The notes under the pieces are model-generated. The model ran no database searches, was not told the origin of the DNA, and saw only the letters and a program-made list of their open reading frames with translations. A stretch of DNA of 64,000 nucleotides from Acidimicrobiia bacterium (lineage in GTDB: Bacteria > Actinomycetota > Acidimicrobiia > IMCC26256 > PALSA-555): NCBI GenBank assembly GCA_046484625.1, contig JAWOIO010000192.1:1979-65978 (forward strand). Direction: 5' to 3'. Position numbers and translations under genes: made by a program. Below are positions 1 through 8,635 of the stretch, in pieces. Each line of letters opens with the position of its first letter. Position 1 is the stretch's first letter.

Positions 1-33
1 TGCGGGCGCTCTGCACCACGTGAGCGCGCGCGG

Positions 34-116
34 TGCCCGGGGAGGGATTCGAACCCTCATGCCCTTGCGAGCAGCGGATTTTGAGTCCGCCGTGTCTGCC
101 ATTCCACCACCCGGGC
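34..116 (-). tRNA. tRNA-Leu (anticodon CAA), type II with long variable arm, CCA not encoded
   Basis: Reverse complement folds as a cloverleaf: acceptor GCCCGGG/CCCGGGC, anticodon stem GCGGA/TCCGC with loop CTCAAAA, T-arm GAGGG-TTCGAAT-CCCTC, about 14-nt variable arm. Confidence 0.9.
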
Positions 117-143
117 GGGGTGGTCATTGTGGCATTGCGTACC

Positions 144-431
144 ATGACCGGCGTGTCGACCATCCTCGCCGCCGATGCCCTCAGCTGGGCTGTGGCGATT
201 GCGGTGGTGTCGGCAGTCGCGTTGGTCCTGATCATCGTGGCGCCCTGGCGCACGGTGCGCCGCGAGCCTCCGCTCGCCGACGAGATCGAAGCGCGGCTGC
301 TCCTCGGGGAGGACCCGGACGCGATCGACCGCGACCTCGCGGCACGCGACACGCCGCCGGCCCCGGTCACCGACCTGCACTCCTCCCCCGATCCCGACCG
401 CGGCCCCGACTCCGACGTCGGTTCCGACTGA
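144..431 (+). CDS. Small hypothetical membrane protein (one TM helix, acidic Pro/Asp-rich tail)
   Basis: Internal ATG of track ORF 33..431. Hydrophobic stretch LSWAVAIAVVSAVALVLIIVAPW, then a charged tail. The upstream part of the ORF overlaps the tRNA and is rejected. Confidence 0.35.
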   Translation: MTGVSTILAADALSWAVAIAVVSAVALVLIIVAPWRTVRREPPLADEIEARLLLGEDPDAIDRDLAARDTPPAPVTDLHSSPDPDRGPDSDVGSD

Positions 432-449
432 CCGGGGTCGGCCCCGGTC
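430..449. terminator. Perfect 8-bp GC hairpin between convergent genes
   Basis: GACCGGGG-tcgg-CCCCGGTC spans both stop codons (TGA 429..431 and TCA 448..450). Confidence 0.5.
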
Positions 450-876
450 AGGCGATCGCGAAGAGGATCCGGGCCTCGCAGGCCTTCTCGTCGCCGACCG
501 ACGCGCGCCCCTTGCCCCACCCGCCACGGGCCGACAGTCGCTCGAGCTCGACGTGGAGGGTGAGCGTGTCGCCCGGGACCACCAGGCGCCGCCAACGGAC
601 CTTCTCGACCCCGCCGAACAGGGGCAGCTTCCCGGCGTAGCGCTCGTCCGACAGCACCGCGATCGCCCCCGCCTGTGCGAGGGCCTCGAGCTGGATCACG
701 CCGGGGAAGACCGGATTGCCCGGGAAGTGCCCGGCGAGGAACGCCTCCTCCCCGGTGACCCGGTACCGGGCCTCGATCGAGACGCCCGCCTCGAACCCCA
801 CCACCTCGTCGACGAACCGGAACGGTGGGCGGTGCGGGAGCAGGGCCACGAGGTCGTCGGAGCTCGGAAGGGTCAT
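448..876 (-). CDS. fabZ: 3-hydroxyacyl-ACP dehydratase FabZ
   Basis: LPHRPPFRFVDEV, GHFPGNPVFPGVIQLEALAQ hot-dog motifs. 142 aa. Confidence 0.9.
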   Translation of the reverse strand: MTLPSSDDLVALLPHRPPFRFVDEVVGFEAGVSIEARYRVTGEEAFLAGHFPGNPVFPGVIQLEALAQAGAIAVLSDERYAGKLPLFGGVEKVRWRRLVVPGDTLTLHVELERLSARGGWGKGRASVGDEKACEARILFAIA

Positions 877-980
877 GGCCCGACGGTACCGCGCGGGCCG
901 ATGTTACCGACCGGTTGCGTGTAACCCTCTCCTACGGCCTCCGGTCCCACCAGAGGTACGAGCGGAGAGGGATCGTCCAC

Positions 981-1895
981 GTGGGCATCGCAATCGTGTT
1001 CCCCGGCCAGGGGACCCAGGCGCCGGGAATGGGCGCGCCCTGGCGCGACCACGACGCCTGGTCGGTCGTGGAGCGCGCCGAGGCCGCGTTCGGTGAGCCA
1101 CTCGCCCACCTGGTCCTCGATGCGACCGCCGACGACCTCGCCCGCACTCGGGAAGCCCAGCTCGCGGTGCTCCTCACCTCGCTCATGGCATGGGAGGCCA
1201 TCCGCGATCGGGTGACGGCTCCGGTCGCGTTCGCGGGTCACTCGCTCGGCCAGGTCACCTCGCTGATCGCATCCGGCGCACTCGACCTCGACGCCGGGGT
1301 CCGGTTCGCGGCCCGTCGTGCCGAGCTCACCCAGGCCGCGGCCGATGCCCACCCCGGCCGGATGGCGGCGCTGCTCGGCGCGACCGTCGAGCAGGCCGAG
1401 GCAGCCTGCGAGGCGGCGCCCGACGCGTGCTGGGTCGCGAACGACAACGCGCCCGGGCAGGTCGTGATCGCCGGGACCCCCGTTGGCGTCGAGGCCGGCA
1501 GCGTCCGGGCCAAGGAGCTCGGCGTGAAGCGCGCGACACCGTTGAAGGTGGGCGGCGCGTTCCACACCCCCCTCATGAGCGATGCCGCCGCCGCGCTCCC
1601 GGCCGTCCTCGCCGACATGACGTTCTCGGCTCCCGTCGCACCCGTCGTCTCCAACCACGATGCCGTCGCCTACGATGACACCGACGGCTGGCGCGCCCGC
1701 CTCGCGACGCACGTGACGCAGCCGGTGCGCTGGCGGGCCACGATGTCGACGCTCGTCGATCGCGGCGCGACCTCCTTCCTGGAGGTCGGCCACGGCTCGA
1801 TGCTCGCCGGACTCGCGAAGCGAGCCGTCCCCGACACCCCCGTGCGCGGCATCGCGACACCCGACGACTGCTCACTCTTGGAAGAGGTCCACTGA
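981..1895 (+). CDS. fabD: Malonyl-CoA:ACP transacylase FabD
   Basis: GTG start within ORF 825..1895. FPGQGTQ, GHSLGQ, AFHTPLM motifs. The upstream part of the ORF overlaps fabZ antisense. Confidence 0.9.
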   Translation: MGIAIVFPGQGTQAPGMGAPWRDHDAWSVVERAEAAFGEPLAHLVLDATADDLARTREAQLAVLLTSLMAWEAIRDRVTAPVAFAGHSLGQVTSLIASGALDLDAGVRFAARRAELTQAAADAHPGRMAALLGATVEQAEAACEAAPDACWVANDNAPGQVVIAGTPVGVEAGSVRAKELGVKRATPLKVGGAFHTPLMSDAAAALPAVLADMTFSAPVAPVVSNHDAVAYDDTDGWRARLATHVTQPVRWRATMSTLVDRGATSFLEVGHGSMLAGLAKRAVPDTPVRGIATPDDCSLLEEVH

Positions 1896-1896
1896 C

Positions 1897-2157
1897 ATGG
1901 AAGCCCTGCTCGACCACGGCGAAGGACTGCTGGTCCCGGAGAGGATGATCGTCGCGCCGACGGTCGGCACCTTCCGCGCCGTCCCACTCGACGAGGGCGC
2001 GCCGCTCGCCGTGGGCCAGACTGTGGGGATGGTCGACGGCCCCGGCACCTCCACCCCGGTGGCCAGCCCGTTCCGAGGGCACCTGGTCGGCGTGCTGGTC
2101 CACCCCGGCGAGCGCATCCGGGAAGGTCAGCCCATCGCCTGGCTCCGCGTCGCGTGA
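1897..2157 (+). CDS. Biotinyl/lipoyl-domain-like small protein lacking the modifiable lysine (BCCP-like)
   Basis: 86 aa. APTVGTF...VGQTVGMV...GHLVGVLV...GERIREGQPIAWL matches the BCCP hybrid-barrel pattern, but the EAMKM motif is replaced by DGPGTSTP. Starts 1 nt after the fabD stop, with GAAGAGG upstream. Confidence 0.65.
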   Translation: MEALLDHGEGLLVPERMIVAPTVGTFRAVPLDEGAPLAVGQTVGMVDGPGTSTPVASPFRGHLVGVLVHPGERIREGQPIAWLRVA

Positions 2158-2176
2158 GCAGGGGCACGACGAACTG

Positions 2177-3163
2177 ATGCGCGCCTGTATCGCCGGGTGG
2201 GGCACTGCCGTCCCGGAGGGGCGACTCACCAACCACGACCTCGAGCAACGGGTCGAGACCAGCGACGACTGGATCGTCGAGCGCACCGGGATCCGGGAGC
2301 GCAGGATCGCCGCACCCGCTGAGACCACCGCGAGCCTGGCGATCGAGGCCGGGACGGCGGCGATCAAGCAGGCGGGGATCACCCCCGACGAGGTCGACCT
2401 GCTCATCGTGGCGACGGCAACGCCGGAGCAGCCGATCCCCCACACCGGCGCGTTCGTGGGTGACGGCCTCGGCCTCAACTGTGGCTCGTTCGACCTGGCT
2501 GCGGGCTGCGCCGGCTTCGTGTACGAGCTCGTGACCGGCGCCGCGCTGCTGACGTCCGGCAACCTCCGGCACGTCCTCGTGATCGGCGCCGAGACGCTGT
2601 CACGCATCGTCGACCCCACCGACCGGGGCACCTGCATTCTCTTCGGCGACGGGGCCGCGGCCGTGGTCCTCGAGCCCGGCGACGACGAATCGACCGGGCT
2701 CCTCGCCTGGGATCTCGGGTGCGACGGCTCCGCGACCGGGCTGCTGGAGATCCCCGCCGGTGGCAGCCGGCTCCCCACGACCTCCGCCACGATCGCCGAG
2801 GGTCAGCAGTTCATCAAGATGCAGGGCCAGGAGGTCTTCCGGCGCGCGGTACGCGCCGTCGTGAACTCCGCGAAGTCGGCGCTCGATCGCGCCGGAGTGG
2901 CGGCGGCCGACGTCGACCACTTCGTCCCCCACCAGGCCAACCTCAGGATCATCGAGGCGGCCGCGGACCGCCTCGAGATCCCGTCGGGGCGCACCGTGGT
3001 GAACATCGACCAGTACGGGAACACCTCCGCCGCGTCGATCCCCCTTGCCCTCGCCGAAGCCGCGGATTCGGGTCGGATCGTCGACGGTGACCTCGTCCTG
3101 TTGAGCGGCTTCGGGGCCGGGATGACCTGGGGCAGCGCGGTCCTGCGTTGGGGCCGCGCGTGA
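2177..3163 (+). CDS. fabH: 3-oxoacyl-ACP synthase III FabH
   Basis: N-terminal G.G..VP...L.N.DLE, SDDWIVERTGIRERR, active-site-region AAGCAGF, HQAN, GNTSAAS. Confidence 0.9.
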   Translation: MRACIAGWGTAVPEGRLTNHDLEQRVETSDDWIVERTGIRERRIAAPAETTASLAIEAGTAAIKQAGITPDEVDLLIVATATPEQPIPHTGAFVGDGLGLNCGSFDLAAGCAGFVYELVTGAALLTSGNLRHVLVIGAETLSRIVDPTDRGTCILFGDGAAAVVLEPGDDESTGLLAWDLGCDGSATGLLEIPAGGSRLPTTSATIAEGQQFIKMQGQEVFRRAVRAVVNSAKSALDRAGVAAADVDHFVPHQANLRIIEAAADRLEIPSGRTVVNIDQYGNTSAASIPLALAEAADSGRIVDGDLVLLSGFGAGMTWGSAVLRWGRA

Positions 3164-3900
3164 GCCGAACGGCACTCGTGACCGGCGCGTCCCGCGGCAT
3201 CGGGCGCGCGATCGCTGTCGCGCTCGGCACGAGCGGGCACCGTGTGGCGGTGGGCTTCGCGAGCGACCACGACGGCGCCACCATCACCGCCGACACGATC
3301 GCGAGCGCCGGTGGCGAGTCGGCTGTCGTGCACATCGACGTCGCCGACGTTGACTCGGTCGATGCTGCGTTCACCGAGATCGAGGAGGCGTTCGGGCCCG
3401 TCACGGTGCTGGTCAACAACGCCGGCGTCACTGCCGACGGACTCGTCGCCCGCATGAGCGACGAGCAGTGGGGCCAGGTGCTCACGACGAACCTCACCGG
3501 CGCGTTCCACACGATCCGGCGGGCGACGCCCAAGATGATGCGGGCCCGGGGCGGCCGGATCGTGAACGTCTCGTCGGTCAGCGGCCTGATGGGCGCTCCC
3601 GGCCAGGCAAACTACGCTTCGGCGAAGGCCGGTCTCGTGGGCCTCACCAGGGCACTCGCCCGCGAGCTGGCACCACGTAACATCACCTGCAACATCGTGG
3701 CTCCGGGGCCTATCGTGACGGCGATGACCGAGACGATGCCCCCGGAGTGGCGCAGCGCCATGGAGATGACGGTCCCGCTGGGTCGACTCGGCACCCCCGA
3801 GGAGGTCGCAGCAGCCGTCGATTTCCTCTGCACCGACGCCGCGGGCTACGTCACCGGGGCGATCATCCCGGTCGACGGCGGCCTCGGCATGGGGCACTGA
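3160..3900 (+). CDS. fabG: 3-oxoacyl-ACP reductase FabG (SDR)
   Basis: TALVTGASRGIGRAIA, NNAG, YASAKAG catalytic motif. GTG at 3160 overlaps the fabH stop (GTGA). The track alternative start is 3148. Confidence 0.9.
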   Translation: MSRTALVTGASRGIGRAIAVALGTSGHRVAVGFASDHDGATITADTIASAGGESAVVHIDVADVDSVDAAFTEIEEAFGPVTVLVNNAGVTADGLVARMSDEQWGQVLTTNLTGAFHTIRRATPKMMRARGGRIVNVSSVSGLMGAPGQANYASAKAGLVGLTRALARELAPRNITCNIVAPGPIVTAMTETMPPEWRSAMEMTVPLGRLGTPEEVAAAVDFLCTDAAGYVTGAIIPVDGGLGMGH

Positions 3901-3981
3901 GCACCCACCGCGACGGGGCGGCGCGCACCGGCGCGGACCACTGACGATCATCGACCCCCACAAGCCGAAGGAGCACACCGG

Positions 3982-4230
3982 ATGGAACGTGACGAGGCAC
4001 TCACCGCACTGCGGGAGGTGGCCGTCGAGGTCCTCAGCGTCGAGCCCGACGTCGTGACCGAGGACGCCCGGTTCAAGGAGGATCTCGATGCCGACAGCCT
4101 CGACCTCGTCGAGCTGGTGATGGGCCTCGAGGAGCGGTTCGACATCTCGGTCCCCGAAGAGGACCTCGAGGGTGTCGCCACCGTCGGCCACGCCGTCGAC
4201 CTCGTGATGAACAAGGTCGCCGCGAAGTAA
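3982..4230 (+). CDS. acpP: Acyl carrier protein
   Basis: [19 protein letters not shown] phosphopantetheine-Ser motif, 82 aa, GAAGGAG RBS. Confidence 0.95.
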   Translation: MERDEALTALREVAVEVLSVEPDVVTEDARFKEDLDADSLDLVELVMGLEERFDISVPEEDLEGVATVGHAVDLVMNKVAAK

Positions 4231-5477
4231 TGAGCGAGCTGCTCGACCACGCTGGTCGTCCGCGCGTCGCCGTCACCGGCATCGGGGTCAAGGCCCCGGC
4301 CGGCAACGACGTCACGACGCTGTGGGCCAACGTGCGAGCAGGGCGGTCGATGGCACGCGAGATCGAGCAGTTCGACCCCTCGGACCTCGCGGTTCGCTTC
4401 GCCTGCGAGGTCCGCGACTTCGACCCGGTCGAGTACTTCGGGCCCAAGGAGGTGCGCCGCCAGGACCGGGTGACGCACTTCGGGTTCGCGGCCGCGGTCG
4501 ACGCGGTCACCGACGCCGGCGAGCTCGGCGCTGACCCGAGCCGGTGCGCCGTCATCGCATCCACGGGTGTCGGCGGGCTCAACACGCTCCAGGAGAACGT
4601 GACCAACTTCCTGCAGAAGGGCGCGAACCGGGTGAGCCCGTTCTTCGTCCCCATGCTGATGCCCAACGCGACGGCAGGCGCGATCTCCATCCACTTCGGC
4701 TTCACCGGCGTGTCCATGTGCGTCTCGACGGCCTGCGCGGCCGGGGCGAACGCCATCGGCGAGGGCGTCCGGATGATCCGCGACAGCTCCGCCGACGTCG
4801 TGGTCGCGGGCGGCACCGAGGCGTTCACGTCCGTCACTGTCGCGGCGTTCGCCCGCATGGGCGCGCTCAGCACTCGCAACGACGCCCCAGAGCTCGCCTC
4901 CCGACCGTTCGACGCCGACCGGGACGGCTTCGTCATGGCCGAGGGTTCGGCGTTCTTCGTGCTCGAGTCCCTGGCGCGCGCCCGCGAGCGCGATGCAACG
5001 GTGTACGGCGAGGTGGCCGGCTACGGACGCAACTCCGACGCGTTCCACATCACGGCCCCCTCTCCCGGCGGGGTCGGCGCTGCGACCTGCATGCAGCAGG
5101 CGATCGAGGACGCCGGCCTCACCCCGGCCGACATCGGACACATCAATGCGCACGGCACCTCCACGCCGCTCAACGACGCCGCCGAGACCGAGGCCATCCA
5201 CAAGGTGTTCGGCGACCCAGCACCGCCGGTCACCGGGAGCAAGGGCGTGCTCGGTCACATGGTCGGTGCCGCGGGTGCCGTCGAGGCCGTCATCGCGCTG
5301 CTCTCGATCGCCGATGGCGTCGTCCCGCCCACCGCGAACTTCGAACGCCCCAGCGAAGACGCCGCGCTCGACGTGGTCGCGGGCGACGTCCGTGAGGTGG
5401 GAGCGAAGCCGGTCGTGTCGAACTCGTTCGGGTTCGGTGGGCACAACGCCTCGCTGGTGCTGACACCCACGGCGTGA
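4230..5477 (+). CDS. fabF: 3-oxoacyl-ACP synthase II (KAS II, FabF/KasA-like)
   Basis: TACAAGA active-site Cys region, HGTSTPLND, NSFGFGGHNASLV. TAATG overlap with acpP. Confidence 0.95.
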   Translation: MSELLDHAGRPRVAVTGIGVKAPAGNDVTTLWANVRAGRSMAREIEQFDPSDLAVRFACEVRDFDPVEYFGPKEVRRQDRVTHFGFAAAVDAVTDAGELGADPSRCAVIASTGVGGLNTLQENVTNFLQKGANRVSPFFVPMLMPNATAGAISIHFGFTGVSMCVSTACAAGANAIGEGVRMIRDSSADVVVAGGTEAFTSVTVAAFARMGALSTRNDAPELASRPFDADRDGFVMAEGSAFFVLESLARARERDATVYGEVAGYGRNSDAFHITAPSPGGVGAATCMQQAIEDAGLTPADIGHINAHGTSTPLNDAAETEAIHKVFGDPAPPVTGSKGVLGHMVGAAGAVEAVIALLSIADGVVPPTANFERPSEDAALDVVAGDVREVGAKPVVSNSFGFGGHNASLVLTPTA

Positions 5478-6856
5478 CCAACCACCGTCCGTCCACGCCC
5501 ATCGCTGCCCGTCGCAGCGAGGCGGCGACGGCGGCGCTCAACGACCACAACGGGCGACCGGTCGTCGAGTTCGACATCCGCGGTGGCAAGCACGTCGGCG
5601 CCATCGGTCCTCCGGAGGGACGCACCCTCGCAAGCGCGATCCGGCGCGCGTCCGAGGTGGGCGCCCCGGTGTTCGGCACGATTGCGTCCTCCGGCGCCGA
5701 CGTCACCGAAGGGGTCGCGTCGCTGCACGCCTGGGGCGAGGTCGCACGCGCGATGGCCGACGCGTCGGGCGTCGTCCCCGTCGTGCTGCTCGTCGTGGGT
5801 CCCTGCGTGTCGGGTCCGGCACTCCTGCTCGGGCTCGCCGACGTCGTGGTGATGACCGAGGACTCGTTCGCCTACGTCACCGGGCCGGACACCGTGCGCT
5901 CGTTCACCGGGATCGACGTCGACAGCCGGTCGCTCGGCGGTGCACCGCTCCACGCGACCCGCAGCGGTGTCTCGGCTGCCGTGGTCGCCGACGAGGCCGA
6001 AGGGCGGGAGCTCGTGCGGGCGCTCCTCGACTACCTCCCGTCGAACCACCTCGACGACCCGCCACGCTGGACCACCGACGACCCGGTCGACCGCCCCTGC
6101 ACCCGTGCCGCGACCGCGGTCCCGGCGCGGTCGAACGCCGCCTACGACGTGCGGATCGTCGTCGAGGACGTGCTCGACGCCGCCTCGTTCCTCGAGCTGC
6201 GTCCCCAGCACGCCTCGAACCTCGTCACCGGACTCGGCCGCCTCGACGGCAGGACCGTCGGGATCGTCGCGAACCAGCCTCATCAGCGCGCGGGGACGAT
6301 CGACATCGAGGCCTCCGAGAAGGCGGCGCGGTTCGTCCAGTGGTGCGACTGCTTCAACATCGCGCTGATCACGTTCGTCGACACCCCGGGCTTCGAGCCC
6401 GGCAAGGACCTCGAGTGGCGGGGCATGATCCGCCACGGCGCCGAGCTCGTGTACGCATACGCGAATGCCACGGTCCCCCGACTGTGTCTGGTGCTGCGCA
6501 AGGCCTACGGCGGCGCGTACATCGTCATGGACTCCAAGGGGCTCGGCAACGACTGGTGCGGTGCGTGGCCGTCCGCCGAGATCGCGGTGATGGGAGCGCC
6601 CGGCGCGGTGGGGATCCTGCACGGTCGGCACCTGCGGGACATCGAGGACCCCGACGAGCGCCTCCGGGAGCGGGCAGCCCTCGAGCACGAGTACGAGGAT
6701 CGTTTCGCCAACCCGTACGTCGCCGCCGAATGGGGATTCGTGGACGACGTCCTCCCGGCGTCGGAGACACGACGGGTGCTCGCCAGCGCGCTCGACCGCC
6801 TCTCCACCAAGCGCGAGATGGGTCCGAGGCGCCGCCACGGCAACACGCCCTTGTAG
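5474..6856 (+). CDS. Acyl-CoA carboxylase carboxyltransferase beta subunit (AccD6-like)
   Basis: 460 aa with two crotonase-like CT halves. GPCVSGPALLLGLAD, FVDTPGF.PG...E..G.IRHGA, AYGGAYIVM. GTGA overlap with fabF. Position after KAS mirrors the mycobacterial FAS-II operon. Confidence 0.85.
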   Translation: MTNHRPSTPIAARRSEAATAALNDHNGRPVVEFDIRGGKHVGAIGPPEGRTLASAIRRASEVGAPVFGTIASSGADVTEGVASLHAWGEVARAMADASGVVPVVLLVVGPCVSGPALLLGLADVVVMTEDSFAYVTGPDTVRSFTGIDVDSRSLGGAPLHATRSGVSAAVVADEAEGRELVRALLDYLPSNHLDDPPRWTTDDPVDRPCTRAATAVPARSNAAYDVRIVVEDVLDAASFLELRPQHASNLVTGLGRLDGRTVGIVANQPHQRAGTIDIEASEKAARFVQWCDCFNIALITFVDTPGFEPGKDLEWRGMIRHGAELVYAYANATVPRLCLVLRKAYGGAYIVMDSKGLGNDWCGAWPSAEIAVMGAPGAVGILHGRHLRDIEDPDERLRERAALEHEYEDRFANPYVAAEWGFVDDVLPASETRRVLASALDRLSTKREMGPRRRHGNTPL

Positions 6857-6909
6857 GGACCGCCCGCCGCGCGCGCCACCGATAGGATCGCCGGGCCTTG
6901 GGAGGAACC

Positions 6910-7665
6910 ATGCTGCTCGACGGGAAACGCATTCTGGTCACCGGCGTCCTGAACGACGCGTCGATCGCGTTCACGGTGGCCCGCCGAGCCCAGGAAGAGG
7001 GCGCCGAGGTCGTCCTCACGTCGTTCGGACGGGTCATGCGGCTCACCGAGCGCACCGCCAAGCGGCTCCCCACCGAACCCACGGTCGTCGAGCTCGACGT
7101 GAGCAACCCCGACGACCTCGACGCGCTCGCCGAGCGCGTCGGTGGTCACCTCGACGGCGTGCTCCACGCCATCGGGTTCGCGCCCGAGTCCTGCCTCGGG
7201 GGCGGGTTCCTCACGGCGCCGTGGGAAGACGTCGCGGTGGCGCTCCAGGTCTCGGCGTACTCGCTGAAGGCCCTCGGCGTCGCCGCGCTCCCGCTCATGA
7301 GCCCGGGCGGCTCGATCGTCGGGCTCGACTTCGACAACACCCAGGCCTGGCCGGTCTACGACTGGATGGGCGTCGCCAAGTCGGCGTTCGAGTCCACCGC
7401 CCGGTACCTGGCTCGCGACCTCGGTCCCAAGGGGGTCCGGGTCAACCTCGTCGCCGCGGGCCCCATCCGCACGATGGCGGCGAAGAGCATCCCCGGCTTC
7501 GAGGCGTTCGAGGAGGTGTGGACCCAGCGGGCACCGCTCGGTTGGGACATCCGGGATCCCGAGCCGGTCGCGAACGCATGTGTGGCACTGTTCTCGGACC
7601 TCTTCCCCGCCACGACGGGTGAGATGCTCCACGTCGACGGCGGCTTCCACGCCGTCGGCGCCTGA
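6910..7665 (+). CDS. fabI: Enoyl-ACP reductase (NADH), FabI/InhA type
   Basis: GKRILVTGV.NDASIAF, Y..MGVAKSALE catalytic region. ATG at 6910 is preceded by GGAGGA. The track ORF starts at 6898. Confidence 0.9.
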   Translation: MLLDGKRILVTGVLNDASIAFTVARRAQEEGAEVVLTSFGRVMRLTERTAKRLPTEPTVVELDVSNPDDLDALAERVGGHLDGVLHAIGFAPESCLGGGFLTAPWEDVAVALQVSAYSLKALGVAALPLMSPGGSIVGLDFDNTQAWPVYDWMGVAKSAFESTARYLARDLGPKGVRVNLVAAGPIRTMAAKSIPGFEAFEEVWTQRAPLGWDIRDPEPVANACVALFSDLFPATTGEMLHVDGGFHAVGA

Positions 7666-7682
7666 ACTCCTCTGGAGGGACC

Positions 7683-8096
7683 ATGAAGGACCTGACGACC
7701 GACGAGCGACTCGCCCAGATCCCTCTCTTCGCCGGACTCTCGAAGAAGGAGCTCGCCGCCGTGTCGGGCCTCGCCACCCGCCTGGACCTGCCGGCCGGCA
7801 AGGAGCTCACCAAGCAGGGCGAGACCGGCAACGAGTTCCTGATCATCCTCGACGGTGAGGTCGACGTGATCATCGACGGCAACGTGGTCGCGACCAGGGG
7901 CTCCGGTGACTACTTCGGCGAGATCGCCCTGCTCTCCGAGCGGCCGCGCACTGCGACCGTCGTGGCGAAGACCCCGATCGCGATCGAGGTGATCGGCCGG
8001 CGTGAGTTCCGCGCCCTCGTCGACGACCAACCCGCCATCGAGGCCCAGCTCCGGGCGGTCATGGCCGAGCGACTCGACGCCGACGACCTCGACTGA
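7683..8096 (+). CDS. Stand-alone cyclic-nucleotide-binding domain protein
   Basis: 137 aa. GETGNEFLIILDGEV...GDYFGEIALL....RTATVVA is a typical cNMP-binding beta-roll. No HTH or other output domain. Confidence 0.8.
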   Translation: MKDLTTDERLAQIPLFAGLSKKELAAVSGLATRLDLPAGKELTKQGETGNEFLIILDGEVDVIIDGNVVATRGSGDYFGEIALLSERPRTATVVAKTPIAIEVIGRREFRALVDDQPAIEAQLRAVMAERLDADDLD

Positions 8097-8129
8097 TCGG
8101 CGCGCCACTCGCCCGCTCGGGTCTGCCAC

Positions 8130-8594
8130 TCAGGCCTCGAGGACGTCGGTGACCTTCGGGACGGTGTCCTTCGGGCTCACCTTGGTGAAGGCGCCGGCGA
8201 TCTTCCCCGATGCGTCGACGACGAACGCCGATCGGACGATCCCCATGTACTTCTTGCCGTACATGGACTTCTCGCCCCAGACGCCCCACTTCTCGGCGAT
8301 GGCGTGGTCCTCGTCGGCGAGCAGTGGGAACCCGAGGTCGTACTTCTCGTCGAACTTCTTCTGCTTCGCGGGTGGGTCGGGGCTGATGCCGAGCACGACC
8401 GTCTTGAGCTTCTTGAAGTCGGGCATCGCATCGCGCAGCGCGCACGACTGTGTCGTGCACCCCGGGGTGTCGGCCTTCGGGTAGAAGTACACGACGACGG
8501 GTTTGCCCTTGAAGTCCGACAGCTTGACCTTCTTGCCCCGTTGGTCGACCAGGGTGAACGCGGGTGCGCGCTTCCCCACCTCGAGCTGGGCCAC
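8130..8594 (-). CDS. bcp: Peroxiredoxin Bcp (thiol peroxidase)
   Basis: VVVYFYPKADTPGCTTQSC peroxidatic Cys motif. 154 aa. Confidence 0.9.
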   Translation of the reverse strand: MAQLEVGKRAPAFTLVDQRGKKVKLSDFKGKPVVVYFYPKADTPGCTTQSCALRDAMPDFKKLKTVVLGISPDPPAKQKKFDEKYDLGFPLLADEDHAIAEKWGVWGEKSMYGKKYMGIVRSAFVVDASGKIAGAFTKVSPKDTVPKVTDVLEA

Positions 8595-8635
8595 TCAGAT
8601 GCTCCTCTCGTCGTGATCTCGTAGTGTGACACGCC

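Noticed and set aside
1-150. tRNA-Leu as a potential integration hotspot for a genomic island.
   Set aside because: There is no integrase, no direct repeat of the tRNA 3' end and no compositional shift downstream. The adjacent genes are core fatty-acid synthesis genes.
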